Assembly (NCBI RefSeq): GCF_022045235.1
Contig: NW_027266275.1
Location: forward strand, 54,374,001-54,438,000
Origin: Haliotis cracherodii
Taxonomy: Eukaryota
Reading direction: 5' to 3'
Length of the DNA: 64,000 nt
Part shown: positions 14,201-27,000 of the stretch, in pieces
How the letters are laid out: each line of letters begins with the position of its first letter
Position numbering within the stretch: the stretch's first letter is position 1
Program-made: the position numbers and the translations under genes
Notes under the pieces: generated by a model
Databases searched by the model: none
Seen by the model: the letters and a program-made list of their open reading frames with translations, nothing else
What the model was told of the DNA's origin: nothing

Positions 14201-16170
14201 AGAAACATAATCGGGGCGAACCATGATTCGAACCCACAATCATTGGTTTCTGGCGTGCTGCCCAAGGGATGCAACTCTGCACAGCGAATCGCGGCGCCTT
14301 TGACGACTGGGCTACCCATGCCCCCTAGTCCCCAATGATCAGGGATTAGATTTTGTTTGTTTGTTGTTTAACACCGCACTCAGCAATATTCAAGCTATAT
14401 GACGGTGGTCTGTCAATAATCGAGTCTGGACCAGACAATCCAGTGATTGATATCAGAAGCATTGATCCACGCAATTGGGACACACTGACCATGTCAGCAA
14501 GCCTGACCACCTGATCCCTTCAGCTGCATGGGTTGCTGGAGACATATTCTAAACCCGAATCTTCACAGGTCTTGGAGATAGGAAACTGAGTTCATGATAC
14601 AGATATTTCACATAATCTGACTGTTATAATAATATCATCGGGAACTAACTATACATCAAAATTCAGTTGAGAATCAGCTTTTTATAGCTGATACTATCAT
14701 GCTAATAACCAAACAAGGAAAGTATGTTCAAGCTCTACACATCCTTAAAATGTATAAATCCTCACTTTTATTCCAAAATATCAACACACATTTGAAAAAT
14801 TCCAAAGCCATAGTTTTCTTACTATATGAAATGTTTTCTTCATGAAGGGAAAGCAGTCTTGGTATTCTTCCAGATCACTGGAGCTAAGTTGGTCTATCAC
14901 TATGACAACCACTGAGGCCACCTTCCTGGGACGTGCCAACTTACACCATCTGTAGAAAACAAGCAATATTAATGGAAAGGATTCTTCACATGCTTCAGCA
15001 ACCCCATAATACTCTGCAATAGAAAAAGTGAAACATCCTGAGAATGTTTAACCAGTGAAGCCAAAGACAGCTGACCAGTCCTTGGTTTATCCTTTATATG
15101 CCGAACCCCAGGCAAGGAAACAACAAGTAACATATTTAAAAAAAATTGTATGATGGGGCAGGTGATCGAACCACCAACCTTCCGCTGTCCGAGCAGACAC
15201 TTTGTCCACTAGACCACAGTGGTAGTCAAATTGATGGGCACAAGCCAGACAAGACAATTCATTGATGTCAACAAATTCTATGCATTAACGCCGACATACC
15301 GCAACTAAGTGTTTGAAAATAAGCATGAAGATCAATGGGTTCTTGTCATAGCCAGAATGTTAATAATGACAGATTTAGGGGGTACCCTTCATTAAAATAC
15401 TAATAACAATACTTAAATGACCCCTTTACTTCTAAGTGTGGCTACTGTCTCAGATTTCTTCACCTTTATAAAGCAAAATAAGAACTAAATTGAATAGCAC
15501 ACCATAATTTGATACAAAGAGAGAATCCTTTTCTGCCCTTGTCTAATGTTGCATACCTTGGATAGTATTTGTACGAGTCAGGTAACAGAGCAAAGGTCAA
15601 TAAATGTTGCAAATCCAACATGAACAAGGGAGGTAACTCCTCATCTTCTTTACGGGGTACTTGTGTGTTTCCTTGTTGTTCGAGCAACTCCTTGAGTGTG
15701 AGATACAAAGCTGGCCGTTCCTGCAGGAGATAATAACATTTTAGAAAGCATTTAGAAGATGTGACATTTCTAATGCAATTCTCTACAATATGAAAGCAAT
15801 GCAAAAACTGGGAACCAGATCAAAATAGGTCTTGTTTATCAAAAAACTTGCGCAACCTACTTTATTAGGTTACAACATAATATGGGTGACTTCAATAGTT
15901 AACTAAACATCTGGCTTGACTGGAAAATTTCTTGTTACAATCAACTTTCAGCATGGATGTATAAAAATGGGAGACAGTAGCGTACCGCTGTATCTGTCTT
16001 GGCAGGTTTGCTCAATCTTCTTCTCTCTTTCACTCTCTGTTTCTTCAGTTGGTGCAACAGCACCTTCCTCGACACTGTTTTCCCTGTGGAATTTGAAGGA
16101 CAGCTACCATCTTGGACTTTCTTCAATTGTGAATCATCTGATATCCCCCCTTTAGTCAACTTTATCTGGA

Positions 16171-16219
<49 letters not shown>

Positions 16220-17608
16220 TTCCATTCACCAAACGGATGCTCATAGTGCTACACTATCATTACCCTGTCAGCATGGTCAGTGGATCAGTGCGCACTTGAT
16301 TTTTATTCTCAGCTCCCTGGGGTGTATACCTTTCTGGAAGAGCCATGCCTTCTGTAGCTAACCAGACTTAAACTGTTTTTGTATATCTAGGAGTGAATGT
16401 GTATGGTTTTACTAAAAGAAATACATATATTTCATTTATATTCTAACTTCTAAATATAGGCTATTGATATACACAAGCTACCCACACTGTGCACTTTTAA
16501 CCATCAGCAACAGCATGATTAGTCTCAATGCAACGTACCTACCTAACCTAGCTACTATTAATTAGTCTAGCAAATTGCCTGATAATCATCATGGTTATGG
16601 TACAAATATTAACATTAAAATCTCGATCAGAGCTACAGATAAGCAGCGTTTTTGAGTAAAATACCCCCCAGAAATATTCAAAACCCAATTGCTTTCAATT
16701 ATGAAACACTCAAATGTATAAACACAGTACGCGTAAATACCCAATAAAAGCTTTTTCACTACGCGTACAACGCAACTAATTTCTGAAACACAATTACAAG
16801 CTTATGTACCCTCTGAGTCAGGCCTATATTTATATACATCTTATATACATCTAACACATTATTTCATTTGTTTTAAATCTTAAAATGTTCCCTCATTTGG
16901 GGAAACACCCAATAGAGTGATGAATATATGTGTGAAAAAATATTGGTAACCCAATGAAAAATGTAATAGCCCGAGTGAAAACTCAAATGCTCAAAAAGTT
17001 ATCTGGAACTCTGTATCTACTGATATAGTGCCAAAGGACACTTTAGTCTAGTAAAGGTGTGTCCTGTATCACTGCCTGTGGTTTTCATAGACTGACATTT
17101 GCTATTCAATAATGGGCAACACACACTGATTGTCGTTATATCAAGTGTTCAGGTTGTTTTACTGATCATTTCACTGTCCTCCTTTCAAACATGTCCTTAT
17201 TCTATAATCATTCTTCTAACATGACTGAAAGGAGTGCTGAGCCCTTAGGTAAGTGAGTATTGTTTTAAGTCGCTTTTAGCAGTAATTCAGTAGTATCACC
17301 ATGATTACATTTACAGTTGGACATACAAGAAATAAGGGGGCCGAAGTTGTTAATCATATCTAGTCAGTATTATAACTAAAATCATATCGTGTATATTAAC
17401 GTACACTTAATATAAATTCGAAGGAAATGATTACTGACAAATCATGGTAAACTTGTTAACTATGTTTAAAACTTTATACCCGTTTGCGTTGCACATCTGT
17501 CTGGCTGAGTAAATCAATCAGAACTTCGGCTTTACGTTTCTTGTTCGCCAGTCTTTTGTCACGCTTACTCATTCTGACAAAGTCAGATATAACCTTTGAG
17601 TTTTCCAT
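2300..17608 (-). CDS. REXO5: RNA exonuclease 5-like (REXO5/NEF-sp/Rex1 family DEDDh 3'-5' exonuclease), 14 coding exons, ~696 aa
   Basis: Exons (-): 17480-17608, 15986-16165, 15557-15720, 14823-14949, 13139-13235, 12152-12352, 10807-10892, 10450-10568, 9613-9751, 8396-8496, 6571-6659, 5614-5814, 3487-3803, 2300-2440. All introns are GT-AG, phases match, total 2091 nt. Motifs: SPLFAIDCEMC, ELTRVSVV, LVKPYNRITNYLTQYSGIT, VGQSLNGDLLAL, HPYVIDTS, GHSPVEDA. The N-terminal PRWCKL segment fits REXO5 rather than REXO1/4. An alternative in-frame ATG lies at 17572. AATAAA (-) at 1935-1940. Confidence 0.9.
7795..8050 (+). repeat. Interspersed repeat also present at ~48475-48710
   Basis: Shared tttatttcac.ataaaaca.tgttctat...gtgagttgttcccca.agatgtagctgg; family not identified. 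Confidence 0.75.
9246..9526. mobile_element. Possible PIF/Harbinger-type MITE
   Basis: TAA|gggaccattcatatattat ... gtaataaatggccgttccc|TAA; the TIRs are imperfect. Confidence 0.4.
9936..10266. mobile_element. TA-flanked MITE family E (Tc1/mariner-pogo type)
   Basis: TA|ccgtattcgacgtaataag ... cttattatgtcgaatacag|TA; homologous copy at 30426-30797. Confidence 0.85.
10981..12120. repeat. 49-bp minisatellite (~23 copies) filling REXO5 intron 6
   Basis: Unit actatactactgagatactactgcaaaggtcaaaatgcctgcaaatgtg. The period of 49 was read directly (11018 vs 11067). Confidence 0.97.
14043..14326 (-). mobile_element. SINE family A copy
   Basis: Full-length match to family A, with a TSD-like tagtcc(a/c)caatga on both sides. 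Confidence 0.9.
16171..16218. repeat. (AAT)n microsatellite abutting the REXO5 exon 2 acceptor
   Basis: About 16 perfect AAT units. Confidence 0.95.
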
Positions 17609-18063
17609 AATTCACAAAAAGGGTATAGTCGCTTCATGAAATTACTGTAGAATATCTAAAGCTAGTCACTGCACGAAGATCCATGTGTATGTGTTGATAT
17701 CGCTGGGCGCTGACATCTTGGATCCTAAAAAGTGGTATTTTGACGAATATTTAGATTCTCTTTTTCCTTTACCAACTGTTCACCTTGTGTTGGCTCTGTT
17801 AACATGCTTACGTTGCAATATGATGTGTTTTAATATTATGCATAGAATATATTACACTCGCACGATGAGAAAATTGTAAGTAAAAAGATGTTCATATTTC
17901 GTATCATGTCTTATGTTTTTGATAAAATCAAAGTCTCGCTGGGTGCGAGAATTCAGCAATGGCGGCTAATTTGAGTCCACACTTGGACTGCGAAACCATT
18001 GATATTTGTATTTTCAGTACTTATAGTTGTCTAAACGCTCATGAATGACTTGCGTACACAGAG
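17609..18063. promoter_or_regulatory. Putative bidirectional promoter shared by REXO5 and ERI2
   Basis: Only 455 bp separate the divergent start codons. YY1-like motifs occur on each strand (caatggcggct + at ~17957-17967; caagatgtcagcg - at 17708-17720). No recognisable repeats in the interval. Confidence 0.65.
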
Positions 18064-21000
18064 ATGAAAACAACTAAAGAGCTTGCACGGTAATGGTCTC
18101 TGCAGTCATTACAATATACAAACTCTTGATATATACTTATATGTAAACATAAAATTATCATCAACAGTTCGGGGATGACCGGAGTCTGCAGAGACGACCT
18201 GCTGTCTGTCAGGGATTGGCATAAGTTCAGTGCGTGCATAATGACTGCCACGCAATTCTCAAATATGCATGCAACATTTACAAATTCTTTCTCACCCAAC
18301 AACGACACATTCATGATTCAATAACTAAGGGTTGCATGTTTACATTTTCACACCGTCTCCTCATCATCGTAATCAGTGCCAATACATTTTTAGTTAACTT
18401 GCCCAAAATTGTCACTTAGCCTTATTCTCATTTAAATTGAGTCTTATCTGTGGATTTATAAGCTGATCTTAATAGACCAACAGAGTTTTCTTAAACTCAG
18501 CCTTGGTCCAAATCGCAGACTGTCATCGCAGGTAGGGCTGAGATGAGTCCAAATTTATTACCCGGGTACCCACAACCCTTTTACCTGACCCTTCCCAGGT
18601 ACCTGCTGTAGGTCTCAAGAGTGAGTGAGTATGTTTTTACGCCGCTTTTAGCAATATTCCAGCAATATCACGGCAGGGGACACCAGAAATGGGCTTCACA
18701 CAATGTACCCATGTCGGGAATCGAACCCGGGTCTTCGGCATGACGAGTGAACGCTTTAGCCACTTGGCTACCCGACCGCCCCTTAGGTCTCAAGAGATAG
18801 GTACAATATGGCCGATTGGGAAACGTTTGACCTTACTCCTGTCAAAATGTAATCAGATACTCATAAACCATTTGTAAACCGATCTGGTCATGCATTTACT
18901 GAAGTTGACTGAAGTTTTATCTTAATGTCAAGTCAGAAGGAATGTGGGCATTATCAGAAAGAAATGTGAACATTTGTTGCTTAATACAGTGTTACCAAAG
19001 AGTTCTAGATAAGTTTTGCCAATAAACAATATAATGATGTGACCAACCACGGGTCCGGGTAGCCCTGCTCAGTACCCACCTGACCCGAGTACCTGACCCA
19101 TCCAAGCCCTAATTGCTGGACATTGTAGTTGTCATTTGTAAAGCATCTGTGTCTCAATATTCTCAGAATGTCAGTTGACAGTCAAAAAGTCTGCTTTCAT
19201 TTCACTGACTGTAAAGATAGTGTCAGATCACCTGTTTTCATGGGAATCCAGTTTATGGTATTTCGGTACATATACTCTATCACTTGCTAGGCATTATCAC
19301 TATTGCAAAAGTAAATGTTAATAGTTTATTGTGCATTATGACATTTATAAAATCTTTAAATAATCAAACTATTAAATATACCATATTTACCATATTAAGG
19401 GCTTTTCTCTTTCCTATAAGCACCCCCTCAACAACTTCTAGACCAATCTGAAAGTAATCTTTTTAAGCACCCCATATTAGAAGGCATATTGCAATGACAG
19501 TTCATATTAATTATAAGAAATTGCGTCACTGAAGGTACGTAATTGTGAAGTGACTATTATCATAAATCAAATAACATTTTATCGTTTAAACGATGTTTGT
19601 TCACTACCGAACGATCTATGAAAACAAGTCTAAATTGTGTATGGCTTACCCATGTCCCAGGGGTGCTTATTATGGACCATCTTTCCTTTGCAGTGAACTG
19701 GGACTCCTGAGAAAACGCTATATGCCAAAAGTACAAAATGGAAAAGAAGCCCTAATGAAAAAGCCCAAGTTGTGCACAGGTGATGTGATTTAAGATATGA
19801 TAAGCTGAAGTTATAACTTAACTGTTTCATTGTTTGCTCTCATTTTATGACTAAAACTTTAATCATTCACAATTGTATTTGCATTTAAGAAGAAGTTAGA
19901 TAAACTGTAAACATGAGAGAAAAATAAGTAAGATTGGCAGGTGATATATTCAAAGGTTTTATTCTTTCAGGTCAGGTTTTTACATATCTTGTGGTATTGG
20001 ATTTTGAATCAACATGTTGGCAAGATGGAAAATTTCGCACCCAAGAAATCAGTAAGATTTTCAGATTCCTTTTATCAATATCATGAGTGAGTGAGTTTGG
20101 TTTCACGCCGCTTTTAGCAATATTCCAGCAATATCACAGCGGGGGACACCAGAAATGGGTTTCATACATTGTACCCATGAAGGGAACCAACCCTGAGTCC
20201 TCGGCATGACAAGCGAATGCTTAAACCACGAGGATACCCCACCGCCCCTCAGTTCCATGATGATCATACCATTCACACTGACGCACCGTGATGTTTTCAC
20301 TTGTTCTGTAATAATTCACATGTAGTTAATGTCCTAAGGCTTAAAAAAAAATTAAGTGGATCCAATTACCTATCTGGCCTTTAAATAATTCTTTCAGTGG
20401 TACTGTTTTGTGACAAAACAAATGCCACAAATGAAATATATTCCAAACCCTGCTTACTTTAAGCATTTTTTCCAAAACAGTTGCAGATTCATTGAATAAG
20501 AAGAAGTCTATCTTCCGATCCCTTTTTAAATTAAGTGTAATGAAAACTACAACATTATTTTTAATTGTTCTTATCAATACTATAATGCAATAATCATGAT
20601 AATATAGCTGCATACTATGTGATGGCTGGAATAACTTAACATGGATAGCTTGATGAAAAGCCAGTTAAATGGAAAAAGAATTGGGACAATGTTGACACCT
20701 ACTGTTACTTGAAATATGGTGGCACATGGTCATGTGTACAGTGTACAGGTAACAAATCAGGTAACGTTTAAAAAACGTTGGTCGTGGAGAGTTGATGGAT
20801 GGATGACTACTTTCGGCAGTGTGAGTTTCTAGGGCTTTAGTCCTGCCCCACACTGAAGCACATGTCATGTGATTTCTCCTAAGGCAAGTGCCTTTGTTTG
20901 AAATATGCCTCTGTTCACCCAGCAGTGTATGGGTACCAGGTAGGATGATATGGTGACCTTCTGGTTGTCAGTTGGTAATTGATTAGATTTCGCTGTTGTT

Positions 21001-24000
21001 GATCAATTTTGAGTGTTTTTTTTCCAAAATCAATGTTGACCTATCATAAATGAGTTTAAGTTGAGCAATAAAAACCCATTTGATTTTGATTATGAACAAT
21101 ATTGGACGATATTATGCATACATTTGTTTGTATTCTTCCAGTTGAGTTTCCAGCAGTGCTGTGTAACACGAGGACGGGGCAGATAGAGAGTGAGTTTCAC
21201 CACTATGTTCAGCCTCAAGAACAGCCAGTGCTCAGTGACTTCTGTAAACAGCTCACTGGAATTGCGCAGGTAGGTGGGAATTAGCCTTGTCACATTCTTG
21301 TAGTTTCTGAAGTGGAATAGGTCACAGATACCTAGTGTTTACAAGAAATTGTCAGAAGTGAATGAAAACTTACTGATGTTTTCGTTTTTAAAGTGATCAG
21401 CAGAGAGACCTTAATTTTCTGAGAATATGACCGCTTGGCATCAGATGATGTTTGATGGTTAAAAGTCATGTCTTTGATTTCCCACATGGGTACAGTGAAA
21501 CCCATCCTTTGGGATGACGTCATCATTTGACCAGAATATTGTTAAAAGCTGTGTAACTGCTTGCTGAAAGTAATGCTCAAACAAGTTCCTTACTGTTAGA
21601 GTAGTTACAGCTAAAGTGTGGGGTGAGTGAGTGAGTTGGGTTAAATGCTGCTTTAAACAGTATTCCAGTTATATCACGGCGTGTCAGCTTAATGTAAGAG
21701 GAAAGCCCGAAGTGATGCAGGTCTCAGACGTTTACCACTTCAGTGAAACCCATGAGCATGGGTATGGTGCTGACAAACCTAGAAACATAATTGGGTCGAA
21801 CCAGGATTTGAACCCACAATCATAGGTTTCTGGCATGCTCAAGGGACGCAACACTTCACAGCGAATCATGCCTCTATTGTGAATTAAGTAGTTGCTTGTT
21901 TACAGTGCTACTTATTTACAGCTAAAAGTGTGATACAGATATTGAACATGCTAAAAAATATGACTTTGTATCAGTAATCACATTATACAAATAATTACTC
22001 TTGATGAGGTCAATATGCAGAAATGATCTGAGGACCCAACCTCTGGGATGATCTGATCAGACCAATGCAGGAGGCTGAGGTCCAGTCAGACCACCGAATG
22101 GATTGGGTCCAACAGTCCTTCTTTTCGCATATTGACCTCTCCAAAAGTGAACATTAGTTTTGTTATACCAAAATTCACTTTGAAGTTTATGAAGCATTTA
22201 AACCATCCTTTGTTTCATTACATTAATTTAGCTGTGAACCGTAAAAAAAAATGTTGGTATACCAGACGCTGTCTTGTTTTTCTCGTGATACAGATGAACC
22301 AATGGAATTTCAAAATTGTTAATGGAGGCATAACAAACATCAATCTCATTAAAATCAGATCTTAGTACTTGCTATCGCTAAACAAAGTTCTGATGACATC
22401 CCATTACGGGTCACGTCAGAATGACCTTTCATCCAACCAGTCAAATTTAGCTTACCAGATCATGAAAGTGTTTTCTAAACATGCAACTTCGAAAATGTTA
22501 ACACGGGTATTCCAAATGACAGTTACGGCCCATACGACTGATTCCATCAAAATTATCATCTAACTCTCGCTTCCGTGGTATAAATATTCTAACGGAGGAG
22601 GCGTTGCACAGTACATGGGAAGCACTGCCATACAATCGCAACCATATGTTAGACATTTCGGAATGTTCTATAGTTTTCAAAATTTTAATAGAGAACTGTG
22701 TCAACATATTTTTCGAGCGTAGTCTGAAATGGAAGTCATCAGGTTAAATGAGTGCCGTAAATCTAGAGAAAGCTGCTTTCTAATTGGCTGATGTCGACTT
22801 CTTGTTAGTCTTTTCAGTGGAAGTCGTTCTGACGTGACCCGTAATGGGATGTCCTCAGATCTTTGTTTAGCGGCAGCGAGAACTTAGATCTGATTTTAAT
22901 GAGATTGAATAAACATAAATGGGTCATGGCTGTGGTGTTTTATCATCGGCCTGTGTTTGCCAGGAGCAAGTGGAACAAGGGATCCCTCTGTTTCTGTGTC
23001 TACGGAAGTTCTGTCACTGGTTGAACAAGATTAAGCAGGAGAAGAATATTGTCTTCTCTGAAGGGGAAGAAGGGTCCAGAGCCACCTTTGTCACATGGTC
23101 AGGTTAGTACAGGTCTTGCTCCACACTTGAACACAGGTTATGAGGTATGAGACATATCCTTAGGCGAATCGTTTAGGTGATGTTCCAAATTTGCATCTGT
23201 TCACCCAGCGGCGAATGGATACCCGGTTGGTTGTTATGGTGACTTGAGAGCATACCTTCTGGCACTATGAGTTGTACACTGCCCAGGAGCTGAGCATGTG
23301 ATTTGAATGTTCGCTGGGATACTATATGATATTTATGTTGTAAGAGCCGACTAAAACTAAGAGAGATTGTATGGTCTCAATGCCTGCAGAATGTGAATAA
23401 TTATGAGGACTAGCGTATAAGCATGGGTATGAGCTGTTGGTGTGAATTGGCTCTCACACTATCGACCACTGGTTTATCTGATCCTGGCCTGATTTCAGGC
23501 TACCATGTTGTGGTTTCCATCAGTAGCATTGCTCACCTTTTCATTGAATCTTATTCCTGATTTAATTTTGACACATGTCATGTAACAGGTTTGTGAAATA
23601 GGCTACTCCTGAACTGAGATTTAGAAATCGACCACAATTTTCCCTGAACTTTGAACTGTCACGCTAAAGTTATGACATGGAGCCGTTGACATTCATTCTA
23701 CATTTTGAACATTGCGCCAGACTTTCCTGTAACATACACTGACAAGCTGTGATATGCTAGAAACTGAGCTAATTACATTTAGCTTTGTGTGGTTTTAAAA
23801 TGATGAAAGATAAAGAAGGATTGGATGGTAAATACATTTCTGAAGTTACGAATTTAAAGTTTTCTCTGTGATAAGCTTGAAAAGATATTCTACTGTGTAG
23901 AAGTATACTGGTATATGTTTTTTCAACTTTCAGATTGGGATCTTGGTGTGTGTCTACTGTATGAGGCTCGTCGGAAACAACTCTCCAGACCCCCAGAGAT

Positions 24001-27000
24001 GAACAGTTGGATTGATCTGAGGGCCACATACAGGGTAGGGGATCGGGTGTTCCTTAGCTGTGCCAGGATCCAATAATTGTTAGATTGAATCACACATTCA
24101 CCCTGATTATGATCTTTGGCTTCATGCCTGTGCATGTCTTAACAAGAACACAAACTATTATAAGAGGAATACAGTAGTGTCACAAACAAAAAGAAATTAT
24201 GTTTCTTTAACTGAAAAATATTCAGTTTTACATCTACATGAGACTATTAAGAGCTACCTCCTTTAAATCTCCAACACATTCCATAGCCATTAACTGAACC
24301 TATGAAATGGAGGACATGTTACAGTAGCATGGTTAGGCAAGGCATGTTAGGCTTGCCATGGTACAAGCGTATAGAAAAAGGCGTGTGAAATAACATTGTT
24401 ACAAGGTAATTATAGTCAGAATGCCACTGCAATAGTTAAAATGCTCCCTGTAGTCATCCCGCACCAGACAGTGCATTTTTTTTTTGTAAATGTGGAATGT
24501 GTTTATCAGGGGTCAGTACTTATTGCTTATGGTCGTAAAAGAGGGACTGTGCTCCATGTTCTGGTGCCCATTTCATGTCAAGGTCGAGGGTCGGGTGCTC
24601 ACTTCCTGTCAAGGTCCATGTTCTGGTGCCCATTTCCTGTCCAGGTCCTTGTTCTGGTGCCCACTTCCTGTCAAGGTCCATGTTCTGGTGCCCATTTCCT
24701 GTCCAGGTCCATGTTCTGATGCCCACTTCCAGTCAAGGTCTATTGTATGGTGCCCATTTCCAGTCAAGGTCTGTTGTATGGTGCCCACTTCCAGTCAAGG
24801 TCTATTGTATGGTGCCCTCTTCCAGTCAAGGTCTATTGTATAGTGCCCACTTCCTGTCAAGGTCTATTGTGTGGTGCCCACTTCCAGTCAAGGTCTTTTG
24901 TATGGTGCCCACTTCCAGGCAAGGTCTATTGTATAGTGCCCACTTCCTGTCAAGGTCTATTGTATGGTGCCCACTTCCAGTCAAGGTCTATTGTATGGTG
25001 CCCATTTCCAGTCAAGGTCTATTGTATGGTGCCCTCTTCCAGTCAGGGTCTATTGTATGGTGCCCACTTCCAGTCAAGGTCTATTGTATGGTGCCCATTT
25101 CCAGTCAAGGTCTATTGTATGGTGCCCTCTTCCAGTCAAGGTCTATTGTATGGTGCCCTCTTCCAGTCAAGGTTTATTGTATGGTGCCCATTTCCAGTCA
25201 AGGTCTATTGTATGGTGCCCACTTCCAGTCAAGGTCTATTGTATGGTGCCCTCTTCCAGTCAAGGTCTATTGTATAGTGCCCACTTCCAGGCAAGGTCTA
25301 TTGTATAGTGCCCACTTCCTGTCAAGGTCTGTTGTATGGTGCCCACTTCCAGTCAAGGTCTATTGTATGGTGCCCTCTTCCAGTCAAGGTCTATTGTATG
25401 GTGCCCTCTTCCAGTCAAGGTCCATGGTCTGGTACCCACTTCCTGTCTAGGTCCATGGTCTGGTGCTCACTTCCAGGCAAGGTCTATTGTATGGTGCCCA
25501 CTTCCAGTCAAGGTCCATGGTCTGGTGCCGACATCCCATCAAGGTCTATTGTATGGTGCCCACTTCCTGCCAAGGTCTATTGTATGGTGCCCACTTCCAG
25601 TCAAGGTCTATTGTATGGTGCCCACTTCCAGTCAGGGTCTATTGTATGGTGCCCTCTTCCAGTCAAGGTCTATTGTATGGTGCCCTCTTCCAGTCAAGGT
25701 CTATTGTATAGTGCCCACTTCCAGGCAAGGTCTATTGTATAGTGCCCACTTCCTGTCAAGGTCTGTTGTATGGTGCCCACTTCCAGTCAAGGTCTATTGT
25801 ATGGTGCCCTCTTCCAGTCAAGGTCTATTGTATGGTGCCCTCTTCCAGTCAAGGTCTATTGTATGGTGCCCACTTCCAGTCAAGGTCCATGGTCTGGTAC
25901 CCACTTCCAGGCAAGGTCTATTGTATGGTGCTCACTTCTAGTCAAGGTCCATGTTCTGGTGCCCACTTCCTGTCATAGTCTTGGGTATGGTGCCCTCTTC
26001 CAGGCAAGGTCTATTGTATGGTGCCCTCTTCCAGGCAAGGTCTATTGTATGGTGCACTCTTCCAGGCAAGGTCTATTGTATGGTGCCCTCTTCCAGGCAA
26101 GGTCTATTGTATGGTGCCCACTTCCAGTCAAGGTCTATTGTATGGTGCCCACTTCCAGTCAAGGTCCATGGTCTGGTACCCACTTCCAGGCAAGGTCTAT
26201 TGTATGGTGCACTCTTCAAGTAAAGGCGCTGCGATTCGCTGTCTATTGTATGGTGCCCACTTCCAGTCAAGGTCTATTGTATGGTGCCCACTTCCAGTCA
26301 AGGTCCATGGTCTGGTACCCACTTCCAGGCAAGGTCTATTGTATGGTGCCCACTTCCAGTCAAGGTCTATTGTATGGTGCTCACTTCCAGTCAAGGTCCA
26401 TGGGCTGGTACCCACTTCCAGGCAAGGTCTATTGTATGGTGCCCACTTCCAGGCAAGGTCTATTGTATGGTGCTCACTTCCTGTCAAGGTCTATTGTATG
26501 GTGCTCACTTCTAGTCAAGGTCCATGGTCTGGTACCCACTTCCTGTCTAGGTCCATGGTCTGGTGCTCACTTCCAGGCAAGGTCTATTGTATGGTGCCCA
26601 CTTCCAGTCAAGGTCCATGGTCTGGTGCCGACATCCCATCAAGGTCTATTGTATGGTGCCCACTTCCTGCCAAGGTCTATTGTATGGTGCCCACTTCCAG
26701 TCAAGGTCTATTGTATGGTGCCCACTTCCAGTCAGGGTCTATTGTATGGTGCCCTCTTCCAGTCAAGGTCTATTGTATGGTGCCCACTTCCAGTCAAGGT
26801 CCATGGTCTGGTACCCACTTCCTGTCAAGGTCCATGGTCTGGTGCTCACTTCCAGTCAAGGTCTAGGTGTTGTTAGATTGACACATTGTCTCATGTGTAA
26901 ACAGGTAGTCTTTGACTACTGGAGAGACATACATCAGAATATTTGAGATAACAGATGATACACTGTATTGGGGGTCAGAGTTGATGATATTGAGGGCCTT

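Noticed and set aside
15941-16225. Poly-Tyr N-terminus in the ORF track
   Set aside because: It is the intronic (AAT)n microsatellite upstream of the REXO5 exon 2 acceptor.
16628-17013. Element with short TIR-like ends (cagagctacagataa / ttatctggaactctg)
   Set aside because: Single copy in the window and no clear TSD; too weak to classify.
24396-26946. Many overlapping long ORFs (up to 368 aa)
   Set aside because: They are translations of a 31-bp intronic minisatellite in all three frames, with no gene structure.
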